In this document: positions 1-10,112 of the stretch, one piece after another
Position numbering within the stretch: the stretch's first letter is position 1
Layout of the letters: each line of letters starts with the position of its first letter
Origin: Patescibacteria group bacterium
Lineage (GTDB): Bacteria > Patescibacteriota > Minisyncoccia > Phycocordibacterales > EsbW-18
Direction of reading: 5' to 3'
Assembly (NCBI GenBank): GCA_038063815.1
Contig: JBBTUJ010000005.1
Location: 4,875 to 68,874, forward strand
Length of the DNA stretch: 64,000 nt
Notes under the pieces: model-generated
The model's input: only the letters and a program-made list of their open reading frames with translations
Database searches by the model: none
What the model was told of the DNA's origin: nothing
Program-made: the position numbers and the translations under genes

Positions 1-520
1 AGAACTGAACCATTGACGAGATAGGGGGTTATAAAATCAAGAACGTCGCGTGTCGGCTCATACAAATCGCAATCAACATAGACGATTGCCGCTTTGGTAG
101 AACCGATCTTGTGTATCGTCTCATCTCGCTTAGCCCCGACAAGAGTTTCTTCAAAAAAGCCGGGAATAGTTGTCACACCGTTATCTTTTGCACCAACGGC
201 ACGCATCCCCCTCATGAAATCTTCTTCACTGCATGCTCGACCACCCTCGACGAGAATCCCCGTCGTATCATCTTTGCCTGTGGGACGACCAAATCCTTTG
301 AATGAATCAAATGCATAGATATGAAAAGGAGACATACGACGAAGTCGTGCGGCACGAAATATATATTGCGTAACCGCTCCTTGAAAAACACCGAACTCAA
401 AATAGTCCCCTTTGACATGGGTATGTTTCCAAAAATCCAATGCGCGATTGATGATCATGCCTCGCGCCATATTACCTCGGTATTGATACCGAAGGACGAG
501 TTGTTTGAGAAGTCCAATCA
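1..520 (-). CDS. TylF/MycF-like macrocin O-methyltransferase family protein (C-terminal part runs off window start)
   Basis: Minus-strand translation from ATG at 520-518 reads MIGLLKQLVLRYQYRGNMARG...FDSFKGFGRPT...VYVDCDLYEPT, the TylF-type class I SAM methyltransferase signature. The ORF is not in the ORF track because it has no stop inside the window. Confidence 0.55.
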
Positions 521-551
521 TACGGGGGCGATTATAGCACGCACCACAAAA

Positions 552-1577
552 CTACGATCGGGGTCGCTTATGAAGTCCAAGATACTGATACCCACGAACA
601 AGAACGGAACGGCAGTACGCTTGTATGTTTGAGATAAGGTGGAAAACCCGATAGACAAAAGCGTTTTCACTAAAGTCGCCACGCATATACATTGGTATGA
701 CAATACCCATATCGCGGATAGAATTGATTGTTGGGTCAACCGCCGTAACAAGCCTCAACGCGTCTTGAGCGGTATGTAGATAGAGTTGATACATTTCCCA
801 CGAATCCTGTTTCGTGCGACGGCGGTTGAAATCAGAACCCTTGAGTAAGATGTCATGCCAGATACTCTTGTAATGGATAACATGCATTTCGTCAGTAATT
901 GGTTTTGAATTTGTCTCATTGAGAAGCGAGCATGGGAACGCGTGGACTCTAATCGGATGTCCTTTCGTCGAAATTGTGTAATCGGCCTTCGAGGGGTCGT
1001 ACGCAATCATCTCCCAATACGCCATTTGCTCTGGAGCGCCATAGGGGTAGGCACGTGTTGTCGATTGTTCTCGAAGCTCGGGGATGTTGGTGATATGAAT
1101 CGTTCGTTCGTTCAACTCCTCGAGAAACGCGGCAGCGGCTTCTGATGCACGCATGAGGTAGACACCACCATTGAGTGGGTATACTTCACCGGGCTTATGG
1201 GTGAACGCAACGTCGAATGGTATCTCAAAGAAGTGCCTAAGATCTTTTCTGACAAGCATGTCCACATCAAGAAAAACAAAGTTTTCTCCGATATGCTGAC
1301 GAATCGCCTCGGTCCAAAACTTGGGGCGGTTTGCGATACGTTCGATGAAATCGCCCTTGATCGAAGTCCCCGTGTCGACGAACTCGAATTGCGGAAATGC
1401 TTTTTCCAAAAGGCGCGTCCTCGGTGTCACATCATCCCAGAAGATAGTTGCCCGCGCCATCGGATTTGACTTTGAGATTGAGTACAATAAAACCAAAAGC
1501 ATTCCCCCGTACTTCTTCCCATAGACAGATGTCACGAAATGGATTGGTTCCTGTTCATTTTTTTGCATGAAAACCAC
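552..1577 (-). CDS. GT-A fold glycosyltransferase with DXD motif (nucleotide-diphospho-sugar transferase, family uncertain)
   Basis: 341 aa ORF with FVFLDVDMLV (DXD) and a GT8/GT-A-like sequence pattern. Confidence 0.5.
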   Translation of the reverse strand: MVFMQKNEQEPIHFVTSVYGKKYGGMLLVLLYSISKSNPMARATIFWDDVTPRTRLLEKAFPQFEFVDTGTSIKGDFIERIANRPKFWTEAIRQHIGENFVFLDVDMLVRKDLRHFFEIPFDVAFTHKPGEVYPLNGGVYLMRASEAAAAFLEELNERTIHITNIPELREQSTTRAYPYGAPEQMAYWEMIAYDPSKADYTISTKGHPIRVHAFPCSLLNETNSKPITDEMHVIHYKSIWHDILLKGSDFNRRRTKQDSWEMYQLYLHTAQDALRLVTAVDPTINSIRDMGIVIPMYMRGDFSENAFVYRVFHLISNIQAYCRSVLVRGYQYLGLHKRPRS

Positions 1578-1765
1578 TATAGCACGGGATATACAAGCAT
1601 CGTGTACACGCCCGTATTAACAAAAACAAAGAGGTTTGTGGCCACCCGGATCAAAAAGAAAGACCGTAGTACGCCAAAATATGACATGCTATACTCCGCG
1701 CGGACGCCCTTTGGCAGAACTGTCCTAACCAATACCACGAGCCATTTACCCCCAAGGAGACCCCC

Positions 1766-3277
1766 GTGAACAGCGTGTGCCTTATCATTCCACCGTCGGT
1801 GTTCCTCACCGATGAGCGAGTGTTCATGACACTCGGCATCCTCAAGGTCGCCGCGGTGCTTGAGGCCCGCGGTGTTCCAGTTGAGGTCCTCGACCTGTCC
1901 GGCATAAACAACTTCGAAGAGGCCGCCAGAGACCATGCAGCCGCAACAACTGCGACTGTCTTTGGTCTAACGGCAACGACGCCACAACTGCCGGCAACGA
2001 TGGTCATAACCAAAGCCATCCGGTCTGTGCGTAAAGACGCGCGAATCATGCTCGGCGGGCCACACATCACACTGACGAACGCCGCCTACAAACGTGAACA
2101 GACGCACGGAATTCTCGGAGGACGGGCCGTGCCGGCAATGCGACAACTCGTCGAGTCATTCGACGTGCTTGTTGCAGGTGACGGAGAAGATGCCGTCTTC
2201 CTCGCACTGGCAGAAGATGCGCCGCAACTCATCGACGCCGATGATCCTGCGTCACCGCTTTTCCTCACCAATGAGCGCCTCACATCACTTCCGTTCCCCG
2301 CACGTCACCTCGTTGACGTCGGGAGTTACCACTACGCGATCGAGGGCGTTCCAGCCCTTTCCATGATCGCGCAGTTGGGATGTCCATTCGCGTGCGGTTT
2401 CTGTGGCGGAAGGGAATCCGCCATGCTTCGCCGCATTCGAATGCGGACTTCAGAGAACATCGTCGAAGAGATGGTGCACCTCTACACAACGTACGGGTGC
2501 AATGCGTTCATGATGTACGACGATGAACTCAACGTGAACAGAGGGATGCTTGACCTCATGCACCAGATCAGTGAGGCACAGGAGCGCCTCGGTGCGTCCT
2601 GGAAGCTGCGTGGGTTCATCAAGTCCCAACTCTTCACCGACGAGCAGGCATCGGCAATGCACCGAGCCGGATTCCGGTGGATTTTGACCGGGTTCGAGTC
2701 GGGCTCTCCGCGAATCCTGGAGAACATCAACAAGCGGTCAACGCGCGACGAAAACACTCGTTGCGTTGAGATTGCGCGCCGACACAATCTCAAGGTGAAG
2801 GCGCTGATGTCAATCGGACATCCCGGCGAAACGCCGGAAACGGTCGCGGACACAGAGCAATGGCTTGTCGAAGTGGCACCAGACGATTTCGATGTCAGCA
2901 TCATCACGTGTTATCCCGGGACACCCTACTACGATCACGCAGTACGTCATGCGACGCTTCCCGGAGTTTGGACCTACACGTACGAGAAGAATGGTGATCA
3001 ACTTCACCAAATCGAGGTCGACTACGCCACGGTCGCTGACTACTACAAAGGCGACCCCGACGGAGGATACACCGCGTACGTCTTCACTGACGCCCTGTCG
3101 GCAAACGAGCTCGTCGCCGCACGCAATGCCATCGAGCGAAATGTTCGCGCTCGTTTTGGCATCCCGTTCAGTCCGAGCGCTCCCGCGATCAGGTACGAGC
3201 ACTCGATGGGGCAGTTTCCCCCATTCGTTCTGCAGCATCCGCTTCCTGGCGGAACACGGAAGGACAGTTCATCCTGA
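1766..3277 (+). CDS. B12-binding domain radical SAM protein (class B radical SAM, putative C-methyltransferase)
   Basis: 503 aa with an N-terminal Rossmann-like B12-binding region and a CPFACGFC (CX3CX2C) radical SAM cluster motif. GTG start preceded by AAGGAGA 6 nt upstream. The gene is about 60% GC versus roughly 47% in its neighbours. Confidence 0.8.
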   Translation: MNSVCLIIPPSVFLTDERVFMTLGILKVAAVLEARGVPVEVLDLSGINNFEEAARDHAAATTATVFGLTATTPQLPATMVITKAIRSVRKDARIMLGGPHITLTNAAYKREQTHGILGGRAVPAMRQLVESFDVLVAGDGEDAVFLALAEDAPQLIDADDPASPLFLTNERLTSLPFPARHLVDVGSYHYAIEGVPALSMIAQLGCPFACGFCGGRESAMLRRIRMRTSENIVEEMVHLYTTYGCNAFMMYDDELNVNRGMLDLMHQISEAQERLGASWKLRGFIKSQLFTDEQASAMHRAGFRWILTGFESGSPRILENINKRSTRDENTRCVEIARRHNLKVKALMSIGHPGETPETVADTEQWLVEVAPDDFDVSIITCYPGTPYYDHAVRHATLPGVWTYTYEKNGDQLHQIEVDYATVADYYKGDPDGGYTAYVFTDALSANELVAARNAIERNVRARFGIPFSPSAPAIRYEHSMGQFPPFVLQHPLPGGTRKDSSS

Positions 3278-3362
3278 AAACTCGTCGCCACTTCGCGCGA
3301 CGGAGGGCCGCCCAGCGTTGCTGGTCGGCCTTCTCTTTTTATGTACCAAGGACATCATCTTT

Positions 3363-4697
3363 TCAGAGAATGTCGTGTACGCTAAATCCTCCTTGCGCCC
3401 TGATACGCGACACGTAGCCAGTGATTGCGAGAATGAGGAGGAGTGGAGTGATGGGTACCAAAAAACCATTCGCAAGCGATATCGAATCGAAACTTGAGAG
3501 TGTTGCTGTTGAGATGATCGCAACGAAGATGTATACCGTCAGAAGGAATACAAGGAGAGAGAACCCGCGAATCCGTAGCCGGATACATGTCACAAGCGCT
3601 CCAACCAAAACCGCAAGGTGTAGTATGGTGAGCAGAATCTTAACAATAAAAATATTTCGTTCTTTTGGTGAGAAATCTGCAATCCCCTGCTGTCCTCTTA
3701 GAATCTCAACACCACGTTCTTTGTACGAGAATGTCGCGCCACTATCGAGCGTGTGAAGCCCGACAGGAAATGAGAACACCCTCACAAAACCTTCCCGGAA
3801 CATCGGCTCACCGATAGCAAAAAGCGAGCGCGTTGTCTTCCGTATGCTCTCGGGCCTAAGATAGTTCTGCTCACCTTTTGCGATAACAGGCGCAACTGAA
3901 AAATCTTCGTACAGGAATATATTCCTGTATGTCCACGGCAGGATAACGAGAGCGACAGCGGAGCACATGATCGCAACAATCACCACACGTTTTCCTATTC
4001 TCTCCCGCTTTTCTTTTTCACGAACACCATCGACGAGAGCCCACAGGGCGAACACAATAGGCAAGAAAAGGGCGATAACATCAGTAAGCGCGCCGAGACC
4101 GAGAAGGATGCCGCAGACGAGTGCTCGCCAGACACTTTCTTCTTTGAGTGCCCGGATAAAAAAGAAGACCGCGGCCGTAAATACAACGGCATACAAGAGA
4201 GCCGAACTTCCGTGCCGTATCTGAAAGAGGAACGATGGCCACACCGCTGCAAGAAGCGCCACAATCCAAGGGATCCTACCACTTGCCACTTCTTTTGCGA
4301 TCGCATAGATAAGAAGTACGAACACGATGTGGAGCAGTATCTGCGAGATTGCGAGCGCTGTTCCGCTTGACCCGATCGTTAGGTAGATGAACGCGAGGTA
4401 CAAGGGCCAACCCGGAGCGTTCCGACCGAACTCGTGCAGAACAAAATCTCCATCAAGGATATGGTGTGCTGCGGCATCGTAGAGCGGAAAATCTTGATTC
4501 AATCGCAGATCATCTACCCGAGGAACCATGACGCACGTCGCAACAACGCACGCGAGAAGAAGAGCGAGGAGAAGCGCCCGATGATCTCTATACCAATGAT
4601 TCGTACGGTCCATACAAATATGAGCGTGACAGATGTATATGATACACTCGACCGATATATGCAGCCAGACATATCTCGCATCGTCGATGCCCATCAC
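3363..4697 (-). CDS. polytopic membrane glycosyltransferase, GT-C fold (PMT/ArnT-like, GT39/GT83-type), putative
   Basis: 444 aa, multiple hydrophobic helices, N-terminal DDARY motif resembling the loop-1 DE motif of PMT/ArnT enzymes. Start uncertain: the GTG/ATG at 4697 would overlap the divergent gene, and MDRTNHW at 4613 is an alternative. Confidence 0.4.
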   Translation of the reverse strand: MMGIDDARYVWLHISVECIIYICHAHICMDRTNHWYRDHRALLLALLLACVVATCVMVPRVDDLRLNQDFPLYDAAAHHILDGDFVLHEFGRNAPGWPLYLAFIYLTIGSSGTALAISQILLHIVFVLLIYAIAKEVASGRIPWIVALLAAVWPSFLFQIRHGSSALLYAVVFTAAVFFFIRALKEESVWRALVCGILLGLGALTDVIALFLPIVFALWALVDGVREKEKRERIGKRVVIVAIMCSAVALVILPWTYRNIFLYEDFSVAPVIAKGEQNYLRPESIRKTTRSLFAIGEPMFREGFVRVFSFPVGLHTLDSGATFSYKERGVEILRGQQGIADFSPKERNIFIVKILLTILHLAVLVGALVTCIRLRIRGFSLLVFLLTVYIFVAIISTATLSSFDSISLANGFLVPITPLLLILAITGYVSRIRAQGGFSVHDIL

Positions 4698-5246
4698 GGA
4701 TCGTCCTCAGGATTCAGTCGTCACTATCTGACGCTCTATTCGATTATCCTTGGTATAGAAGCGAAGAGTGTGCTTGAGGTTGGTGCCGGATTCTCGACGC
4801 AGACGATACTTGCCGCGCTCAAAGAGACCGGAGGGAAGCTCATGACATTCGATATGCGTGACCTCAAGGGCACCGGCAATCCGGAGAGTCTTCGAACAGA
4901 GTTCGCAAATGCATGGACATACGTGCAGGGAGATACTCGGAATACATTGCACACGATCGAAAAGATGACATTTGACGTGATCCTCCATGACGGATCGCAT
5001 GAGTGGCGTGTCGTTCTGAAAGACCTTCGAAAAATACTCCCGCACATAAAACAGAATGGGCTTCTTCTCGTCCACGACACCGAACACCCGGCATTCCGTC
5101 TCAAATTCGCAACACGGCTCGCGCTCATCGGGTATCGACACGAAATAGTCACGCTCCCCTATGGCTACGGCCTCACGATTGTCCGTATCCTCGGCAACAA
5201 ACGAAACGGCTCAGTGAGAACGACCTGGGAAAAGAACAGAAAATAG
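4581..5246 (+). CDS. class I SAM-dependent methyltransferase (O-methyltransferase-like)
   Basis: VLEVGAGFSTQ motif I and DVILHDGSH. The ORF track starts at 4434, but that extension overlaps the divergent membrane glycosyltransferase gene, so an internal start (4581 or 4620) is more likely. Confidence 0.55.
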   Translation: MISIPMIRTVHTNMSVTDVYDTLDRYMQPDISRIVDAHHGSSSGFSRHYLTLYSIILGIEAKSVLEVGAGFSTQTILAALKETGGKLMTFDMRDLKGTGNPESLRTEFANAWTYVQGDTRNTLHTIEKMTFDVILHDGSHEWRVVLKDLRKILPHIKQNGLLLVHDTEHPAFRLKFATRLALIGYRHEIVTLPYGYGLTIVRILGNKRNGSVRTTWEKNRK

Positions 5247-6089
5247 AAGCGCTGCATACGAGCGAGGTGAAAGCGGCGCGTGCTTCCACACTTCGCACGC
5301 ATACATGCGTGCTTTTGCTTTCATGCCAGCACACGCACACGCGATCGATGTTCCATACACAATCTGTACGTAGCGTGCCTTACATTCTTTTTTGAGAATG
5401 TGACCAAAATCGACAAGAAACGCATCGAGGTGTGGGGCACGATTCGCCGAGCGTGCATAATCGAATTTTTTCCGTCCCTGCGTGAGTGAGCCCGGCGTAT
5501 CAAGAAACACATCCCCCAGCGGTTCCTGAGAATGGAACCACTGACCCTGCGCAGCAAGACGTGCAGCAACGATGAAATCGACATTGCGTGATACATACGG
5601 CGCTTTTAGATACGCATCCTTTCGCGCAAGACGAACCTTCTCGTTATTCCCGAGATATTTGCAGAGAGTTTGTTGAAGTGAGACGTACCCGCTCGTGCGT
5701 ACAGGAAACGGGACCTCCTTGTCCCCGCGCATCATCCGCGCGGGCACTGAAACAACAATGGCATCGGGGTGCGCTTCCACGAGCAAGCGAAGAAAAGCGA
5801 GCGCGTTGGGGTAGAGAGTGTCATCACTGTCCCACACAAGGACGTACTCCCCTTTTGCTTCTTTGATTCCTTGATTGCGCGCAAATGATGCGCCCTTATT
5901 CTCCGGCAATTGAACAGTCCGCAGACGTGAGTCCGTGAATCCGGCAAGGATATCCTTCGTCCCATCCGTCGAACCATCATCAACGACAATGATTTCAAAA
6001 CCCATATCTGTTTGTGAAAGAACGCTCGCAAGACATGCCTGAAGCGTGTGAGATCTATTGTATGTTGCTATGACAATGCTGAGCATCAT
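5211..6089 (-). CDS. glycosyltransferase family 2
   Basis: MLSIVIATYNRSHTLQ...IIVVDDGSTDGT...VWDSDD are typical GT2 motifs. Confidence 0.8.
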   Translation of the reverse strand: MMLSIVIATYNRSHTLQACLASVLSQTDMGFEIIVVDDGSTDGTKDILAGFTDSRLRTVQLPENKGASFARNQGIKEAKGEYVLVWDSDDTLYPNALAFLRLLVEAHPDAIVVSVPARMMRGDKEVPFPVRTSGYVSLQQTLCKYLGNNEKVRLARKDAYLKAPYVSRNVDFIVAARLAAQGQWFHSQEPLGDVFLDTPGSLTQGRKKFDYARSANRAPHLDAFLVDFGHILKKECKARYVQIVYGTSIACACAGMKAKARMYACEVWKHAPLSPRSYAALLFSVLFPGRSH

Positions 6090-7222
6090 ATGTTTTCCGC
6101 AGCTTCTTCTAATACGTTCATGTATTTCTCCGCCACCTTTTCAATACTGAACCCCTTTGCTGTCTTTTGTGCTTCTTGTGCAACGCTATTTCTTTTCTCT
6201 ACAGACAAGTGAGCAACATGCGCGAGCGTGGTAGCAACACTTTCTGGAGTATGTTCAATGAAGAAACCGTTGATCCCCTCGCGTATATACTCGTTAACAC
6301 CGGCAATCCTCGTCGAGAGAACAGGGAGACCGAATGCGATTGCTTCAAGCACAGCATTAGGTCCACCTTCATGCCGCGACGAGAGCACAAAGATGTCCGC
6401 CGCAGCATAAAAAGCATACGCATCGTCACGGTGTCCTAATAACTTTACAAAAGGAAGACCGCCCCGAAGAGAGAGTAGCCGCTCGAGATTCGATCGCTCT
6501 ATCCCATCTCCCAAGATAACCAAAACGTACTCCGGATTTTCTTTGTGGAATGTAAGAAAACCTTCAATGAGAAGCGCCTGATTTTTTTGAGGTTTAAGCC
6601 GACCCACGTTAAGAACTATTTTTTTCTCTTTCGTTAAACCAAGCTCTGCTCGAAGACGCGCCACCACCTCTTCAGACCCCACCCTAAAGTGCTCAATCTC
6701 ATCGACATCAACCCCGTTCAAAATCACAAGAAATTTTGACAAAGGGATACAAGCTTGTTTACTTGCAAATTCTGCAACCACTGCAGATATGGCAATAATT
6801 CGGTATGACATGTAGGAAAGTACATGATCAATCACTTTTTGAAAAAAATTCTTCTCAATATATGTGTTATGTTCCCGAGTGATGCTCGTGTAGCCAAAAA
6901 ATGGCTTTAAAAGGCGGAATATTGTATTCGCCCAAAAGGCACTCGACACCACGACGTGAGGTTTCGCCCTACGTAGAGACGCGAACAATTTCCTCCACAT
7001 GGCAAAGTCCAGATTGGAGGTAAAGGTCAATCGCACTACTTTCACTTCGGGTGGGAGCTGATGATAAAGGGTTTTTTTGTCAGGGTATTCAAAAAAGGTG
7101 AAGAGGGAGACATCGAACATCTCATAGTCATACACCCTCATCTGCTTCAGCAATTGTCGTTCTGTTCCGCCCACAACAAAGCTTGGAAGCGCAAATACGA
7201 CCCGAATCTTTTCTTTTCTCAT
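6086..7222 (-). CDS. glycosyltransferase family 4
   Basis: EGGPNAVLEAIAFGLPVLSTRIAGVNEYI (GT4 E-X7-E region). The N-terminal extension in the ORF track (to 7432) is implausible, and MRKEKIRVVF at 7222 is the likely start. It overlaps the downstream GT2 by 4 nt. Confidence 0.8.
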   Translation of the reverse strand: MRKEKIRVVFALPSFVVGGTERQLLKQMRVYDYEMFDVSLFTFFEYPDKKTLYHQLPPEVKVVRLTFTSNLDFAMWRKLFASLRRAKPHVVVSSAFWANTIFRLLKPFFGYTSITREHNTYIEKNFFQKVIDHVLSYMSYRIIAISAVVAEFASKQACIPLSKFLVILNGVDVDEIEHFRVGSEEVVARLRAELGLTKEKKIVLNVGRLKPQKNQALLIEGFLTFHKENPEYVLVILGDGIERSNLERLLSLRGGLPFVKLLGHRDDAYAFYAAADIFVLSSRHEGGPNAVLEAIAFGLPVLSTRIAGVNEYIREGINGFFIEHTPESVATTLAHVAHLSVEKRNSVAQEAQKTAKGFSIEKVAEKYMNVLEEAAENI

Positions 7223-7274
7223 GAAATTGACTATATCCTTCAGAAATGATGAACACAATGGTACTCTTAGAATA

Positions 7275-8207
7275 ATGTCTACCCACAAGAGAGAGAGTAG
7301 AGAAAACACCGTCTCAGTTGGCCTTATTGGAATCGGCCCGTGGGGAATGAAACTTGCCTCACGATTCGATGCACAGGCAAATCTGCGAGGATTCACTGCG
7401 AAAGGAAATGCGGAGAGAGTCGAGATCTTCAAAAAAGAATTCCCCTCTGTTACCCACTACTCAAGTACCGAGGCTCTTTTAGAGGATACAAGCATCCAAG
7501 CAGTTGTGATCGCGACACCAATCGAAACACACTTCGAGATGGCCCGCTTGGCGCTCAACCACGGAAAACATGTTTTTGTAGAAAAACCCGCCGCACTCGA
7601 CCAGACGAGCGTACGCGAGCTCATCGGACTCGCCCAGAAGCATAACCGGGTACTCTTTACTGGCTACACATTCCTCTATCATCCCGTGTACAAGCACCTG
7701 CGAGAGTTGATAAAAGATACACCCCCGCAACGCATCATCTTCTCATGGCAGAAGCTCGGGAGCTTCCGAGAATCCGGCATCCTCAATCTCATCTGCCACG
7801 ATGTGGCGCTTTTCGCTGATCTCGTGGGCGAGCTTCGGGGAAGCCACATCTTCTTTCGGGCCGATATCATCGGTAAGGACGATATTGCCCAGATAGGGTC
7901 TTCATTCGGAACTGCCGGATCAGCACTCTTCACAATCAACCGTGTGTTCCCCGGAATACCGACGAAATCCGTCGTCGTGATGACCGATTCTGAAACCTAT
8001 GTATGGGAAAATGATGCCTTGTACAAAGCATCCGATGGATCGCTTCATGACATCACGGAGAAGGTCATCGCATCGCAACCGCTCGAGCAAGAATGCTCGC
8101 ACTTCCTCGAACGTGTCGCCGAGGACACATACTGGTCTCGCTCTGACGGAGTTCACGATATGGAAGTTGCTCGTTTCTTTGAGGAAGTCATGCCGCCATC
8201 GGCTTAA
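7275..8207 (+). CDS. Gfo/Idh/MocA family NAD(P)-dependent oxidoreductase
   Basis: VGLIGIGPWG Rossmann motif, EKP motif and the overall pattern. Likely start MSTHKRE at 7275, divergent from the GT4 gene. Confidence 0.75.
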   Translation: MSTHKRESRENTVSVGLIGIGPWGMKLASRFDAQANLRGFTAKGNAERVEIFKKEFPSVTHYSSTEALLEDTSIQAVVIATPIETHFEMARLALNHGKHVFVEKPAALDQTSVRELIGLAQKHNRVLFTGYTFLYHPVYKHLRELIKDTPPQRIIFSWQKLGSFRESGILNLICHDVALFADLVGELRGSHIFFRADIIGKDDIAQIGSSFGTAGSALFTINRVFPGIPTKSVVVMTDSETYVWENDALYKASDGSLHDITEKVIASQPLEQECSHFLERVAEDTYWSRSDGVHDMEVARFFEEVMPPSA

Positions 8208-9316
8208 CCCGTGCTCGAGCCACCATCTCGAACAATCCGAACAATCTCCTCTGCGACGTCAATGCAGGTTCCGATCTTTCCCGAGAAAACCGTAACGATA
8301 CGGTCGTTGATCTTTTGGACGATTGTCGGACGTTCATCAGTATGATCCTTGAATGGAAGAACTGAACGAATGGTGTAAAAAGATCCGATATGTTCAACGT
8401 CTCCAAGGGACGGGATGAACTCACGGATAAGACCGAGGAAGGCTTCTATGTTGCTATGAGACGGCACTGAAATAAGCCCACGGTGCAAAAAATCAGCAAG
8501 ATGCGTCGGGGTGTGCATACCTTTACTGGTCTCACGGTGATGAATTGCATGTTCAACGCTACCGAGCAAATGGAGCCCCGTCGTGCCGTACGGATCAAGG
8601 CAAAAAAACGGACCGTCAATGATAACAAGGCTGATATCTTTAAATTCCTCGGGAAGCCGAACAAGAGGTTTTTCGCAGAGCTCATATTGATATACCTTCT
8701 GATGCTCGGAATTCTCACCGAAGAACTCGTTGAGGTGCCCATATGCAGCAACAATCACCGTGTCGTATGCTTGTGTGGTCTGTTCAGTTGCGGTGGTGTT
8801 GAATATCATTCTCACTCTGCTCGCATCTAAACGCTGTTTGAACTCTCTTTTCAGAGCATGAATATCAATCGCATGTTCCTTAACCTCGATTACAAGAGAT
8901 ATTTTTGACGGATCGAGTAGGACACATTCTGAGACTGTGTATGGAAGCTGGTGTTCGTCGAGAATCCGCAAATACTCTTCGGGACGCACCCGTGATCCTT
9001 CCGTTGGAATCGCATAGAAACGTTTTGCGTCTTTGACTATGGCCGAGGAGAAGGCTTCTTCAAAACGCGGCGTTGATTGGTTACACGATATAATCGTCTC
9101 AGAACTCCGGGGATAGTGATAGCCACGGTGAGATCGCAGTTGATTCGCCCCAGAAGCTCCGAGGAGAATATCCTCTCGAGACTCGTAGACATCGACTGCG
9201 AATCCAGCCGCATCAAGCCAGAGCGCCGCCGTAAGACCAAATATGCCGCCGCCGACGACAGCAATCCTCTTATTTGAGTTGTTTTTAGGAATGGGGCTCA
9301 TAAACAACAATCGCAT
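8204..9316 (-). CDS. FAD-dependent oxidoreductase (DAO-like family)
   Basis: RIAVVGGGIFGLTAALWL dinucleotide-binding motif and GASGANQLRSHRGYHY. Confidence 0.65.
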   Translation of the reverse strand: MRLLFMSPIPKNNSNKRIAVVGGGIFGLTAALWLDAAGFAVDVYESREDILLGASGANQLRSHRGYHYPRSSETIISCNQSTPRFEEAFSSAIVKDAKRFYAIPTEGSRVRPEEYLRILDEHQLPYTVSECVLLDPSKISLVIEVKEHAIDIHALKREFKQRLDASRVRMIFNTTATEQTTQAYDTVIVAAYGHLNEFFGENSEHQKVYQYELCEKPLVRLPEEFKDISLVIIDGPFFCLDPYGTTGLHLLGSVEHAIHHRETSKGMHTPTHLADFLHRGLISVPSHSNIEAFLGLIREFIPSLGDVEHIGSFYTIRSVLPFKDHTDERPTIVQKINDRIVTVFSGKIGTCIDVAEEIVRIVRDGGSSTG

Positions 9317-10091
9317 ACCCCATCGGACACAACGGCGCGAATCGATCTGCTTGCATGCACCACGCGACCACGCGCGGGTACCATGGACGATTGCGGAAGA
9401 TAATTTTTCCCGTTGTCCGCTCGGGGATAGTTATCAAAAAGAAATGTGCGAGAAATGACGCGATGCCTCCCAGAGGATACACGGCATAGTGTGATCCGGC
9501 AAAGAGTCTCTTGATCCGCCGTGGGGTGTACTGCCGGTACCCGTGCCACACATACAAAAAAAGACACCAAAATGACGGCACGACGTGCACCTCGATTCCC
9601 TCTGGAGCCCGGGATGCATGCGCAATACGAACTGCGTTTGCATCATCGGGTATATGCTCAAGAGAGGTATTCGAGATGACGAAATCAAATGTTTGTTCTG
9701 GAGAAAACCTCTCGATTCCCTTTTCTATGAACGTAGTGATAAAAAGAGGCGTGTCAAATCGTGCAAATCGTTCTTCATGAACAACATCTATGCCGGTATA
9801 TTCCCCCGAGTACCCCCTTGATGTAAGAAGTGTTCGAACGTATCCACTTCCACATCCAATATCAAGAATACGAACCACTCGTTTCGGAAAAATCTTTGGC
9901 ACTTCATACAGAAAAAAAGTGTCGATATATATTCGAAAGAAGGAAGATTCTCCCCTCTCTTGAGGTGGGGGATGAAAGCGTTTTTTAGGAACGCGGGCAA
10001 AAAGACCCGTCATACCACGAGCAAGGTTGTGAAAAAGGTAGCGAACCTGTTGAGGACGGGAAAGAGGTATATCACCGGAGATTTCACGCAT
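9285..10091 (-). CDS. class I SAM-dependent methyltransferase
   Basis: RILDIGCGSGYV motif I and the SNTSLEHI region. Confidence 0.7.
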   Translation of the reverse strand: MREISGDIPLSRPQQVRYLFHNLARGMTGLFARVPKKRFHPPPQERGESSFFRIYIDTFFLYEVPKIFPKRVVRILDIGCGSGYVRTLLTSRGYSGEYTGIDVVHEERFARFDTPLFITTFIEKGIERFSPEQTFDFVISNTSLEHIPDDANAVRIAHASRAPEGIEVHVVPSFWCLFLYVWHGYRQYTPRRIKRLFAGSHYAVYPLGGIASFLAHFFLITIPERTTGKIIFRNRPWYPRVVAWCMQADRFAPLCPMGYAIVVYEPHS

Positions 10092-10112
10092 ACAAGATAG
10101 TATAGTTGTTTT

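Noticed and set aside
2482-3238. Long antisense ORFs (141-142 aa) inside the B12-radical-SAM gene, and similar antisense ORFs inside recG (30252-30602, 30766-31506), the 990 aa gene (51688-52434) and many GT genes.
   Set aside because: They overlap well-supported genes on the opposite strand, have no recognisable motifs and are the expected by-product of GC-rich coding sequence.
4434-4580. N-terminal 49 aa extension of the methyltransferase ORF (track start 4434), and the track's N-terminal extensions of L6 (57040), L24 (58747), S19 (61784), S5 (56107), GT4 (7432, 15135) and the GH-like protein (22213).
   Set aside because: The extensions overlap neighbouring genes or regulatory palindromes and lack conservation-like sequence. 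Internal Met starts give tidy operon spacing.
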